A stretch of 64,000 bases of DNA from an uncultured Acidobacteriota bacterium (GCA_963702425.1 CAVPCQ010000006.1:288001-352000); one strand, 5' to 3'. Counted from the first letter of the stretch, positions 51,166 through 61,336 are shown. Notes: generated by a model from the sequence alone, not told the origin. A program made the numbers and translations.

Positions 51166-52005
51166 ATGCTTCGCCCGAACTCGCCCGCTCTCACCCTGCT
51201 CCTGGCCTTCGCTCTCGCCGCAGCGCTCCCGGTCGCGTCGCCGGCCGAGGAGGCCGGCAACTCCCCGGCAGCGGCACCCGACCGCGTCCCGGTGCTGGTC
51301 GAGATGTACACCGCGCACGGCTGCCCCAACTCGCCCGCCGGGGAGTCGATCCTGACGCGCCTCGACCGGACCCAGCCGATCGCTGGGGTGAGGGTCGTGC
51401 CGCTCGCGTTCCACGTCCCCTACTGGGACAGCCCCAGCTGGCAGGACCCGTTCGCGAACACCAACAACCAGTGGCGCCAGAACCAGTACGCGAAGCAGGC
51501 CAAGAGCGGCGACGTCTACACGCCGCAGTTCATCATCGACGGCGACACCGGGGTGAGCGGCCGCAGCGAGGGAGCGGTCCGCAAGGCGATCGAGAAGGCC
51601 GCGAAGGTCCCGAAGGCGACGATCCGGCTCGAGATGCGCCCTTCGCTGGACGACGACCCGGCGCGGACGGTCCGGATCGGGATCGACCTCGCGGGGATCC
51701 CGGCCGAGCTGCGCGGGCCCGCGGGGCTCGAGGCGGCGATCCTGCTGGCGGTCGCCGAGCGGAACCTCGTCACCGAGGTCGGCGGCGGCAAGAACAAGGG
51801 GGCACACCTCGAACAGACCGGTGTCGTCCGCGCCTGGATGCCGCTGGGCCACGTCAACGCGCAGGGCGACGCGATCTTCCCGCCGGACTACCTGCTGACG
51901 CTCGACCCGACGTGGAAGCTGTCCGAGCTCACCGCGGTGGTCTGGATCCAGGAGAAGCCGATGGGACGGGTGCTGGCCCTGGGGACGCTGGCGCTCGGGA
52001 ACTGA
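51166..52005 (+). CDS. DUF1223 secreted thioredoxin-fold protein
   Basis: VLVEMYTAHGCPNSP, AFHVPYWD..WQDPF, VYTPQFIIDG. Confidence 0.85.
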   Translation: MLRPNSPALTLLLAFALAAALPVASPAEEAGNSPAAAPDRVPVLVEMYTAHGCPNSPAGESILTRLDRTQPIAGVRVVPLAFHVPYWDSPSWQDPFANTNNQWRQNQYAKQAKSGDVYTPQFIIDGDTGVSGRSEGAVRKAIEKAAKVPKATIRLEMRPSLDDDPARTVRIGIDLAGIPAELRGPAGLEAAILLAVAERNLVTEVGGGKNKGAHLEQTGVVRAWMPLGHVNAQGDAIFPPDYLLTLDPTWKLSELTAVVWIQEKPMGRVLALGTLALGN

Positions 52006-53614
52006 GGAGCCGGTCGAGGCCGTTGCGGGCCGCGGCCTCCTCCGGCCGGAGGGCCAGCGCGGCCTGGTAGCGCCGCGCGGCCATGTCGCGCCAGCCTGCG
52101 GCCTCGTACGCGTGCGCCGCGCCCAGTTGGGCCTCGAACGAGCGCGGGTCGAGCGCGATCGCGCGCTCGAACTTGAGGATCGCATCCTTCGGCCGGCCGC
52201 CGGCCAGGTAGCCCGCGCCCTGCTCGAGGTGGAACGCGACGATCCGCGGGTCGGCCACGCGGGCCTGGTCGAGCACCCTGCGTCCCTCGTCCCGCTGCCC
52301 CGCGGCGAGCAGCGCGGTGCCGTAGTGGAGGTAGTTCATGCCATCGGCGGGGTACTTCTCGACCGCGTCGGCCCAGAGCGTCAGCTCGCTGCGCCAGACC
52401 CGGTTCTGCCGCAGCGTCATGCCGGAGAAGACCAGCGCGACGAGGGCGGCTGCGACCCAGGCGGCGCGCGCCGCGCGCCCACCGCGAGCCGCCATGAGAC
52501 CGCTCGCGCACGCGACCACGATCGCCCAGCCGACCGACGGAAAGTAGAGGAAGCGCTCGCCGAACAGCTTCCCGAGCAGCGGGCGGAGACCGGGCAGGTA
52601 GAGCGCGGGCGCGAGCGTCAGGCCGAAGACCGCGACGCCGAAAAGCAGGGCGCGGTGGCGTCGCCAGCCGGCCCACGCGAGCCCCGCCGTCGCCAGCAGG
52701 ACGATGATCGCCGCGAGGCCGCGCCACGACGCCCAACTGTCCGGGGGAAGGGTGAAGGCCCCCAGGCTGAGGCGCGTCGGGACGAACATCGTGCGCACGT
52801 AGCGTGCGAACAGGTCGGCCGCGATCAGCAGCGAGCCGGAGAGGCCCGGCAGGTCGGGCCGCGCGTGCGGCGCCAATCCCCCCAGCGCGGCGGCGCGGAG
52901 CGCGAGGTATCCCCCCAGCACCGCGAACCACGGCGCCCAGCGAACGAGTGCTTCCCGCAGCGTGGATCGGCTCACGCCGCGGCAGAGGAGGTCGTAGAGC
53001 ACGAGCAGCGCCGGGAGCAGCGCCGCGGGCTCCTTCGCGAGCATCGCCAGCAGGAACGCACCGAGCCCGGCGACGAGCCGGACCCGGCCGCGCGCCGAGG
53101 CGTCGGCGCGGCGATAGAGATCGAAGGCCAGCAGCGCGAGCGCGGTGCAGGCGACGTCCATGATCCCCGAGACCCACGCCACGGCCTCGACGTGCGCCGG
53201 GTGGACCGCGAAGAGCAAGGCGCCAGCGAACGCCGCGCCGGTGGCGTACGGGGCCTCGGGCGGCGGGCGGTCCCGCAGCAGGTCCCGGACCAGCCGGAAG
53301 ACGAGGATCGAGGCCAGCGCGTGGAGCAGGATGTTGAGCAGCCGGTAGGCCCAAGGCGCGGTCCCGGCGGCGCGGTGGACGACCGTGAAGAGCAGCCCGG
53401 GCAGCGGCCGGTAGTAGTTCGTCTCCCCTTCCCCGCCGCGGCTCCACAGGTCGCCCGCGAAAGCGGACCACAGGCCTGAGCCGTCGCGGATGGCGGGGTT
53501 GAAGCGGACCAGTGCGTTGTCGTCGTAGACCAAGGCGTTGGGAAGCGCGTCGAGATAGACGAGGACGGCCGCCAGTCCCACCAGGAGGCCGAGCATCCGC
53601 TGTCGCGACCGCAT
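51929..53614 (-). CDS. TMTC-like glycosyltransferase with TPRs (paralog 4)
   Basis: LVYDD, YYRPL, LFAVHPAHVEAVAWVSG, LAKE, GERFLYFPS, TPRs; 3' end overlaps the convergent gene. Confidence 0.85.
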   Translation of the reverse strand: MRSRQRMLGLLVGLAAVLVYLDALPNALVYDDNALVRFNPAIRDGSGLWSAFAGDLWSRGGEGETNYYRPLPGLLFTVVHRAAGTAPWAYRLLNILLHALASILVFRLVRDLLRDRPPPEAPYATGAAFAGALLFAVHPAHVEAVAWVSGIMDVACTALALLAFDLYRRADASARGRVRLVAGLGAFLLAMLAKEPAALLPALLVLYDLLCRGVSRSTLREALVRWAPWFAVLGGYLALRAAALGGLAPHARPDLPGLSGSLLIAADLFARYVRTMFVPTRLSLGAFTLPPDSWASWRGLAAIIVLLATAGLAWAGWRRHRALLFGVAVFGLTLAPALYLPGLRPLLGKLFGERFLYFPSVGWAIVVACASGLMAARGGRAARAAWVAAALVALVFSGMTLRQNRVWRSELTLWADAVEKYPADGMNYLHYGTALLAAGQRDEGRRVLDQARVADPRIVAFHLEQGAGYLAGGRPKDAILKFERAIALDPRSFEAQLGAAHAYEAAGWRDMAARRYQAALALRPEEAAARNGLDRLLSSRAPASPGPAPVPSASPGSRPPR

Positions 53615-53658
53615 CGCCGGAGGTTGCCACGCCGCCCCCCGGCCCTGCAATGCCGCGG

Positions 53659-54372
53659 TCAGCCCGGACCGTCCTGGATCAGTCCGTCGACGATCCGGAT
53701 CACGCGCTGCGCGTGGGCCGCGACGTTGGGGTCGTGCGTGACCAGCCCGACGATGTGGCCCTGCGCGTTGAGCTGGTCGAAGACCTCGAGGATCTCCTGG
53801 CCGGTCTTGGTGTCGAGGTTCCCGGTCGGCTCGTCGGCGAGCAGGATCGTCGGCTTGTTCACCAGCGCGCGCGCGATCGCCACGCGCTGGCGCTGGCCGC
53901 CCGAGAGCTGCGAAGGCAAGTGCTTGGCGCGATCGGAGAGCGAGACCCGCTCCAGTGCCTCCTCGGCCCGGACGCGGCGCTCGGCGCGGCTCATCCCGGC
54001 GTAAGTCATCGGCAGCTCGACGTTCCGCAGCACGGAGGCTCGCGGCAGCAGGTTGAAGCTCTGGAAGACGAAGCCGATCCGCTCGTTCCGCACCCGTGCG
54101 AGCTGGCGCGGGCTCATCGCGGAGACCAGCTCGCCCGCCAGGAAGTACTGGCCCGAGGTCGGCACGTCGAGGCAGCCGATGATGTGCATCAGGGTCGACT
54201 TGCCGGAGCCCGAGGGTCCCATGATCGCGAGGTAGTCCCCAGCCGCGACGATGAGGTCGATCCCGCGCAGCGCGTGGACCTCGTTCTCCCCGGCGTCGTA
54301 GACCTTCCGCACGTCCTCGAGGCGGATCATCTCGCGGGGGTCGGCCAGGGGCCGAGCCGGCTGGGTGGCCAT
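53659..54372 (-). CDS. LolD/MacB-type ABC transporter ATP-binding protein
   Basis: [34 protein letters not shown]. Confidence 0.92.
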   Translation of the reverse strand: MATQPARPLADPREMIRLEDVRKVYDAGENEVHALRGIDLIVAAGDYLAIMGPSGSGKSTLMHIIGCLDVPTSGQYFLAGELVSAMSPRQLARVRNERIGFVFQSFNLLPRASVLRNVELPMTYAGMSRAERRVRAEEALERVSLSDRAKHLPSQLSGGQRQRVAIARALVNKPTILLADEPTGNLDTKTGQEILEVFDQLNAQGHIVGLVTHDPNVAAHAQRVIRIVDGLIQDGPG

Positions 54373-54518
54373 CGTCGCTCCTCGGTCCGCGGAGGCGCCC
54401 GCGTCCCGGTGACTATAGCGTCGGGAATCGCCGCCCCCTTCCGGGCGCCGCCAGTCCGGGCCACCGGCGGCCGCGGACGCGGCGCGAGCGGTCGCGAGAC
54501 CGTCCTAGAATGGCGGGC

Positions 54519-55094
54519 ATGAGCCGCAAGAAGAACCTCGCGATGTCGCCCCGTGACCGCCGGATCGCATTTGCCCTCGTGGTGGGCATGCTCGTCGTCG
54601 GCGGCCTCCTCGTCTCGACCGGCATCTTCATCCCGGCCGGTCCGCCGACCCGCTCGCCCGGTGCGATCCCGGGGGTCAGCAACCCCGCCTCCCTGGCCCG
54701 GGCTCCGCGACTCGAGGGTTACCCAGCTCCCGACCGGGCGCTGGGACCGGACGACCTCAAGCCGGACCAGGTGACGGCACTCCCGGAATCCGCGCGCGGC
54801 GAGCTGCGCTGGTCGCTGGGCTGGACGGGGCGCCGCGACGGGCTCCAGGTGCGGCTGCTGCTCTTCGCCAACTCGGAAGCGGCCAGAGCGTCGCTGGCTG
54901 CCGCACCGGGCGACCGCCCGCTCGAGGGGCTCGGCGAGGCGGCCGTCCGGCGCGGGTCAGACCGGATCCTGTTCGTCCGCGGCAGCGCCCTCGGGGTCGT
55001 CTCCGCCGCCGGGGCCCCGCCTCCCGAGGCCCTGTCGAACGCCGCACACGAACTCGACGACGCGCTGGCCCGGAGCTCGCTGGTCCTTCCCTAG
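54519..55094 (+). CDS. hypothetical single-TM membrane protein
   Basis: One hydrophobic helix followed by a soluble domain; fills the gap between neighbours. Confidence 0.55.
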   Translation: MSRKKNLAMSPRDRRIAFALVVGMLVVGGLLVSTGIFIPAGPPTRSPGAIPGVSNPASLARAPRLEGYPAPDRALGPDDLKPDQVTALPESARGELRWSLGWTGRRDGLQVRLLLFANSEAARASLAAAPGDRPLEGLGEAAVRRGSDRILFVRGSALGVVSAAGAPPPEALSNAAHELDDALARSSLVLP

Positions 55095-57002
55095 CGCTCC
55101 TTCGTTTTCTTGTGCAGGCGGTACGCGCGAATCTTCGTCGAGAGCGTGCGGCGGTCGAGCCCGGTCGCCTGCGCCGTGTCCTGCACCCGGCCGCGGTGGC
55201 GTTCCAGCGCGCTCCGGAAGTAGTGCTCTTCGAAGCGGTCGCGTGCCGTTCGCCAGGGGAGTGCGAGCAGTTCGTGCCACGGACCGTGCGGGGCGGCCGG
55301 CGGTGAAGTCGGTACAAGGTCGCCGGGCAGGTCGTCGAGGTCCACGATCCCGTCGCGGTCGAGCACCACCGCCCGCTCGATCACATTCCGCAGCTCGCGC
55401 ACGTTCCCGGGCCAGGCGTAGTCCGACAGCACCTTCACGGCGGCGGCGGAGAGCGCGCCGACGCGCTGGCCGTCCGGCCGCAGGAAGTGCTCGAGGAAGT
55501 GGGTGGCCAGCGGAACGACGTCGCCCGGGCGGTCGCACAGCGACGGCAGCACGACCTCGATCACGCGCAGCCGGTAGTAGAGGTCCTCGCGGAACGTGCC
55601 CTCCGCGACCATCTGCTCGAGCGGACGGTGAGTGGCGGCGACCAGCCGGACGTCGACGCGGCAGCGGCTGCCGCCGACGTGCGTCACCTCGCCGGTCTCG
55701 ATCACGCGCAGGATCTTGGCCTGGGCGGCAAGCGGCAGGTCGCCGATCTCGTCCAGGAAGAGCGTGCCGCCGTCGGCTTGCTCGAAGGCGCCGGCGCGCG
55801 CGCGGTCGGCGCCGGTGTAGGACCCGCGATCCGCTCCGAAGAGCTCGGCCTCGACGAGGCCCTCCGGCAGCGCCGCGCCGTTGAGGGCGACGAATGGGTG
55901 CTCGCGGCGCGGGCCGGCGCGGTGAGCGAGCCGCGCCAGCTCCTCCTTGCCGGTCCCGCTCGGTCCGCGCAGCAGGATCGTCGCGCGCGAGGGCGCGGCG
56001 CGGCGCACCGCCTCGACCGCGGCCTGGAAGGTCGGATCGTCCCCGATCAGCGGCGGCTCCGAGCCGGCCGGCGCCTCGGCTCCGCCGCGGCCGCGCCGCA
56101 GGAGCCGCTCGGCGGCCTCGCGGCGGCGGCGCTCGCGATCGAGCGTCAGCGCGCCCTCGACGAGGACGCCGGCGATCGCGCCCAGGCGCGTCGCGGCCGC
56201 CAACGCGCCGCCGCCCGGGACCCGCGTCCCCTCGAGGTACGCGACCGCCGCGAAGTCGGCGTGCGCGCCGCGCAGCGGCACCGCGGTGAGGACCGTGCCC
56301 GCAGCGTATTGATCGAGCGCGGTCTTCTCGTCGGCGTGTACGCGCAGCACGCTGGCCGGGCTCGCGGACCAGGCCTCGGCGCGCCCGCGCGCCGCCTCGA
56401 GAAAGCTCCGCGACAGGCAGACCGGACCGCTGCCGCCGCGCGAGCCGCGCAGCACCCAGCGCTCGCCCGCGAGCGTCACGAGGTAGCCGCGCTCGGCGTC
56501 GACCAGCGCGAGCAGCTCGGCCAGCAACCGCGGAGAAGATCTCGCGCCCCGCGCCGATCGCGGCGATCCGCTCGAGGGCGTCGAGCAGCGGCGGCTCCGT
56601 CCGTGCGGTCGGATCGGGAGCGTGGGCGTCGGCGAGCGTCGCGCCGAGCGGCTCCTCCTCGTCGAGCCACACCGCCTGATCGAGCGCCATCGCGGGAACG
56701 AAGCGGTAGGGTCCGACCAGCACGCGGTCGCCGGGCTGCAGCACGACCGACTCGTCCGGATCGAGGCGGCGCACAGAGGCACCGCGCTCGAGCCATGTCC
56801 CGTTGCGGCTCGAGAGGTCGCGCACGACGATCTGTTCGCCGTCCCAGATGACCTCGGCGTGGCGTGCCGTAACGCGCTGGTCGCCGAGGACGACGTCGCA
56901 GTTCCGCGAGCGCCCGAGCACCCGGGGACGCCGATCGCTCAGCTCGATCGCCTCACCCGAACCGGCGTGCCCCCCGCCGCCGACCATCCAGAGGGTGGAC
57001 AT
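55091..57002 (-). CDS. FHA-GAF-sigma54 enhancer-binding protein (frameshift near 56530)
   Basis: FHA LGRSRNCD..TARHA..SRNGT; GPSGTGKE, ELFGADRGSYTGA, LDEIG, WPGNVREL, HTH. Confidence 0.88.
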
Positions 57003-57102
57003 CGGAGCCCTCCCTGCCGTGAATGCGGGAAGCATACTTCCCGTCCCGCCCCGCAAGGGGAAGTACGCTTCCTCTTTCGGGGCAGAAGGGACCGGAAATG
57101 GC

Positions 57103-57118
57103 TGGCGCGCCATTTGCA
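57103..57118 (+). promoter_or_regulatory. sigma54 (-24/-12) promoter
   Basis: TGGCGC-GCCAT-TTGCA. Confidence 0.7.
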
Positions 57119-57128
57119 CTAGGAGTGG

Positions 57129-57252
57129 GCGCTTGGCCTGTTCTCGGGCGGGCACGAGCGGCGCAAGGCGGGCCCGATGTCACGTCATGGGGCAAGGGGG
57201 TGGCCGCCGGGGGGAGTGGGGGGAGTTCGCCGCTGGTGCCCGCTCTTCTTTT
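57129..57252 (+). ncRNA. candidate sigma54-dependent small RNA
   Basis: Lies downstream of the sigma54 site with no credible plus-strand CDS. An 18-bp stem (57146-57163 with 57228-57245) is followed by TTCTTTT. Confidence 0.45.
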
Positions 57253-57278
57253 CCCCCCGCCCCGGTCGAGAGGTCGGT

Positions 57279-57962
57279 TCAGCGCGTCGGGCGCGACCGC
57301 TCCGCCACCGGCCTTTCTGCCGCCCGGCCCTGCTCCGGCTCACTGCCGCCCACGAGCTGAAGGAAGCACTCGATCCGCGTCGCCTCGGCCGCGTCGCGCT
57401 GCGCCGACCGGTGCGCGGCGATCCGGCGCAGACCGAGGACGGCCTTCTGATCGCCCGGATCGCGCAGCACGAGCGCCGCGAGCAGCTTGACCGCCAGCGG
57501 CCACAGCGACGATTCGGCCAGCGCGCCCCCCAGCGCGAGCAGCTGCGCCCGCGACGCCCCGAGCGCCGTCGGCTCCGCGTCGAGCGCTTCGAGGAGCTCC
57601 GCCGCGAGCAGTCCCTGACGGGCCCGGAAGCAGAGCGGGAGCGCTTCGCGCGCGACCGCCACGGCAGCGGTCTCCTGCCCGGCGTTCCGGAGGGACAGGC
57701 AGAGCGCGTGGAGTACCCAGGGGTCCGGGGCGAAAGACGAGGAGACGGCCAGCAGTTCCGCCAGGGCGCCGTCGGGATCCTCGGCGGCCCGGGAGCGGGC
57801 CAGGGCCGCTCGCCGCGCCCCGTCCGGGAGGATCGGGCGCGGGAGCTCCTCGGGCGGCTCGCCGCAGAGCTCGCCGGACGAACGGGTCGACAGGCCCGCC
57901 GCGGGGCGCTCGGCGCGCGTGGCCGCCTCCCCGGCCTCCGGCTGCCTCCGGCGCCAGCGCAT
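57279..57962 (-). CDS. hypothetical TPR-like helical protein
   Basis: Helical repeat-like composition; start uncertain. Confidence 0.5.
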   Translation of the reverse strand: MRWRRRQPEAGEAATRAERPAAGLSTRSSGELCGEPPEELPRPILPDGARRAALARSRAAEDPDGALAELLAVSSSFAPDPWVLHALCLSLRNAGQETAAVAVAREALPLCFRARQGLLAAELLEALDAEPTALGASRAQLLALGGALAESSLWPLAVKLLAALVLRDPGDQKAVLGLRRIAAHRSAQRDAAEATRIECFLQLVGGSEPEQGRAAERPVAERSRPTR

Positions 57963-58102
57963 GCCGCTCTCCCGGGGCGCTCCCCGCCCCCGGGAGAAGG
58001 TCGCCGCGGAGGCCGGCGCTGTCGACCCGATCCGATTGGCAGGGTTCAGAAAAGTCGGGGAAACTGACTTCGTAGCCGTATTATTCCGTGGGGGGTAGAT
58101 CG

Positions 58103-61100
58103 ATGTCCGTGCCGAGACGTTGCACGAGGCGTCATGGGCGCCGAATTCCTCGGGTGCCGGTGCTGGCTGCCCTGGCGTTTTCGGCGCTGGCCGGCCTGAC
58201 GCCGGCCGCGTGGTCCGGTTCGGTCCAGCCCGAACTGGCGGCTGCCGTGATGCGGTCGCGCGCCGCGGACCGCGTCTCCGTCGTCGTTCGGCTGGAGCCG
58301 GCACCTCACGCTGCGCCGCTTCGCCTGCCGGAGAGCCGCGCCGAGCTCGTGACGCTGCGTCGCGCCCAGACCGAGACGTCGGCCGCGGCCGTGCTCGCGA
58401 TGCTGCGCCGCGCCGAGCGCGACGGGCAGGCCGAAGCGTGCGAGGTGCTGTGGGTCGCGCACGCGGTCACCGCGCGCATCGCACCCGAGCTGGTGCCGCG
58501 GCTCGCCGGACTCCCCGGCGTGCTCGAGGTCCGTCTCGACCGCCCCGTCGGCCCCGACGACGGCGACGGCGACACTTCCGGCCCCAGCCCCACCGCGCCG
58601 CGCACGGCGGCGATCCTGAAGCTGAACGTCGACGACGTCTGGGCCGCGGGCTACACCGGCCGCCACGTGCTGGTCGCCATCATCGACGACGGAGTGAACA
58701 TCAACCACCCCGATCTGGCCGACCACCTCTGGGCGAACCCCGGTGAGATCGCGGGCGACGGGATCGACAACGACGGCAATGGCAAGATCGACGACGTCCG
58801 CGGCTGGAACTTCGGCAGCAGCAACGCCAGCCTGACCGACCTGCAGAACCACGGCACGCCGGTGGCGGGCCTGGCGCTGGGCGACGGGACGGCCGGATCG
58901 CAGACCGGGGTCGCCCCGGATGCGGAGCTGATGGTCCTCAAGCGCGGTTCCACCGAGTCGACGATGTGGGCGGCCAGCCAGTACGCGATCGAGAAGGGGG
59001 CGCAGATCGTGCTCCAGGCCCGCTCGGTCCGGCGCTACGATCCGGCGGGCGTCCCCGACTACGGCAGTTGGCGTACCGTCACCGACAACGAGCTGGCCGC
59101 CGGCGTCATCCGCGTCAACTCGGCGGGGAACTGCTTCGGCTGCACCGAAGGCGCGCTCCCCGAGAACCCGCCCTACCAGGTCAACGCGCCGGCCAACGCG
59201 CCCCCGCCGCTGCTGCACGCCGCGCAGACGCTGATCGGCGGCGTCTCGTCGGTGATCGCCGTCGGCAACGTCGATCTCGGCGACAACATCGTCGGCACCA
59301 GCCGGCGCGGCCCGTCGGAGTGGATCGACTTGCAGGCCTCCGACCCGTCGTATCTCTACCCGATGCCGCTCGCCTACCGGGACTACCCGTACGCCGGCGG
59401 CGCGCAGCAGGGGCTGCTCAAGCCCGACGTCGCCTGCTACGGCGAGGGCTCGACCGCACCGTCGGCATTCTGGGAGACCGGGCCGGACTACAACGTCGGG
59501 ACGTTCAACGGCACGAGCGGCGCCGCCGGCCACGCCGCCGGCGTCGTCGCGCTGCTGCTCGAGGCCAAGCCGGACGCCACCCCGGCGCAGCTCGCCCAGG
59601 CCCTCTTCGGCACGGCGCGCGACCGCGGCGCACCGGGCTTCGACCCGTTCTACGGCGAGGGGATCGTCGACGCCTACGCTGCGCTGGCGGCGATCGGCGC
59701 GCCCTGTTTCGGTTTCGGCGGCGATGCCGACGGCGACGCGGTCTGCCAGGCGGCAGACAACTGCCCGACGGTCGTGAACCCGCTGCAGGCCAACCTCGAC
59801 GGCGACACGCTGGGCGATGCCTGCGACCCCGACCAGGACGGCGACGGCTTCAACGGCGGGACCGGCAACCCGGACTGCGACGATCGCAACGCCGCGATCA
59901 AACCGACCGCGGCCGAGCTGTGCGATCTCGTCGACAACGACTGCGACGCCTCCGCCGACGAGAACCCCGAGGCGGGCGCGAACAGCTGCGCCGACGGGAA
60001 CATCTGCACCGCCGACCTGTGCGGAGCCGGTGCGACCTGCACCGCCGCCGCGAGCGGCGCGTGCGGCATCACCGGTTCGATGACGTACTACCGGATCTCC
60101 GATGCCGACCGCAACGGCACCGCGGACGACCCGGCGGAGCTGACGGGCGCCGATCCGGTGCCGGGAGTGGCGATCGACCTCGTCGGCCTCGGCTCGCTGC
60201 CGGACGCGATCACGGGGAGCGATGGCAGTTTCTCGCTCCCGGCGCAGTTCGGCAACGTGACGCTGGTCCCGCTCGACCGGGTGAACGCGCCGCGGGCCGA
60301 GGGGGCCGCACCCGGCTCGATCAGCGGGTTCGACGCCGCGGCCGTGGCCAAGCACGCCGTCGGGCTCACGACGCTGACCAACCTGCAGCAGATCGCGGCC
60401 GACGTGTCGGAGAACGGGACGGTCAGCTCCTTCGACGCCTCGCTGATCGCGCAGTACGCGGTCGGGCTGATCGACTTCTTCCCCGTCCGCACGAGCCTCG
60501 GTTCGGACTGGGCGTTCGTTCGCTGCAACGGCGGACTGCCCGGAAACTGCCCGGCCTGGCCACCGCACCCGCCGACCGCGTCGTATGCCTGGACCCCGAT
60601 CGGGCAGCCCGAGTCCGCACCCTTCTTCGCCATCCTCTATGGCGACGTCACGGGAAATTGGCCGCTGGTCGCGGGGTTGGATGGCGGCGTGTTCACGGCG
60701 CAGGCGGCCCCTTCCAGGGACTCGACGAACGCCGCGAATCGGAGGCCGCGCGGCGCCTCGCCGGTGCTGCGCTCCGGGAGCGACCCCGCGCGGCTGGTCC
60801 GCATCGCCGGCCCGACCCGGGTCGGACCGCGACTCTACCGCGTCGTGCTCGGCCTCAAGCAGGCCGACGGCATCACGGCCCTCGATCTGTTCGCACCCGC
60901 CCCGAAGATGCCCGGGCTCCGGATCGTGTCGGTGCGCCCGGTCGGCCTGGCAGCCGCGTGGTCGGCCGCGCTCGGCCCGCTCGAGGCTGCCGGGCAGCGG
61001 ATCGCGCTGTACGGTGCCGGCCCCCTCGCCGGGCGCGGCGCGGTGCTCGAGCTCGTTTTCGAGGCGAGCGGCCCGCCGGAACGGGGACGCCTTCCGTTCC

Positions 61101-61144
61101 CGATCGAAGCCTCGGCCAACGAAGGCGCGATCCCGATCCGCTGA
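58103..61144 (+). CDS. secreted S8 subtilase with TSP3-like Ca-binding repeats, dockerin-like repeat and cohesin-like C-terminus
   Basis: VAIIDDG, HGTPVAG, GTSGAAGHAAG triad; DNCP..NPLQ..DGDTLGDACD; DCDD..ELCDLVDNDCD; DVSENGTVSSFDASLI. Confidence 0.85.
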   Translation: MSVPRRCTRRHGRRIPRVPVLAALAFSALAGLTPAAWSGSVQPELAAAVMRSRAADRVSVVVRLEPAPHAAPLRLPESRAELVTLRRAQTETSAAAVLAMLRRAERDGQAEACEVLWVAHAVTARIAPELVPRLAGLPGVLEVRLDRPVGPDDGDGDTSGPSPTAPRTAAILKLNVDDVWAAGYTGRHVLVAIIDDGVNINHPDLADHLWANPGEIAGDGIDNDGNGKIDDVRGWNFGSSNASLTDLQNHGTPVAGLALGDGTAGSQTGVAPDAELMVLKRGSTESTMWAASQYAIEKGAQIVLQARSVRRYDPAGVPDYGSWRTVTDNELAAGVIRVNSAGNCFGCTEGALPENPPYQVNAPANAPPPLLHAAQTLIGGVSSVIAVGNVDLGDNIVGTSRRGPSEWIDLQASDPSYLYPMPLAYRDYPYAGGAQQGLLKPDVACYGEGSTAPSAFWETGPDYNVGTFNGTSGAAGHAAGVVALLLEAKPDATPAQLAQALFGTARDRGAPGFDPFYGEGIVDAYAALAAIGAPCFGFGGDADGDAVCQAADNCPTVVNPLQANLDGDTLGDACDPDQDGDGFNGGTGNPDCDDRNAAIKPTAAELCDLVDNDCDASADENPEAGANSCADGNICTADLCGAGATCTAAASGACGITGSMTYYRISDADRNGTADDPAELTGADPVPGVAIDLVGLGSLPDAITGSDGSFSLPAQFGNVTLVPLDRVNAPRAEGAAPGSISGFDAAAVAKHAVGLTTLTNLQQIAADVSENGTVSSFDASLIAQYAVGLIDFFPVRTSLGSDWAFVRCNGGLPGNCPAWPPHPPTASYAWTPIGQPESAPFFAILYGDVTGNWPLVAGLDGGVFTAQAAPSRDSTNAANRRPRGASPVLRSGSDPARLVRIAGPTRVGPRLYRVVLGLKQADGITALDLFAPAPKMPGLRIVSVRPVGLAAAWSAALGPLEAAGQRIALYGAGPLAGRGAVLELVFEASGPPERGRLPFPIEASANEGAIPIR

Positions 61145-61283
61145 CCCGGATTCGCCTTACCGGGTAGCCACCGGGGGTTGCGCCCCGTACCGTCTCCGAG
61201 TGAGACGGCACCGGACCGGGATCTTGCCCGGCCGTGAGCAGCAAGTCTCCCGGGCAGAGCGGGTTGGCGCGCCGCGCCGGGGC

Positions 61284-61299
61284 GGGCACGCCGGTTGCT
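61284..61299 (+). promoter_or_regulatory. sigma54 (-24/-12) promoter
   Basis: GGGCAC-GCCGG-TTGCT upstream of the AGGAGG SD and the ATG at 61337. Confidence 0.6.
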
Positions 61300-61336
61300 T
61301 CCTATCAATCCGCTGCGCCCCACAGGAGGGAGAGTC

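Noticed and set aside
57177-58067. 296-aa ORF as the product of the 57103 sigma54 promoter
   Set aside because: Arg-rich low-complexity translation, no SD, and antisense to a more plausible gene.
58103-61144. OzpA-like protease for OmcZ nanowire maturation
   Set aside because: No OmcZ-like gene was seen, it lies 26 kb from the cluster and has a different accessory domain set.
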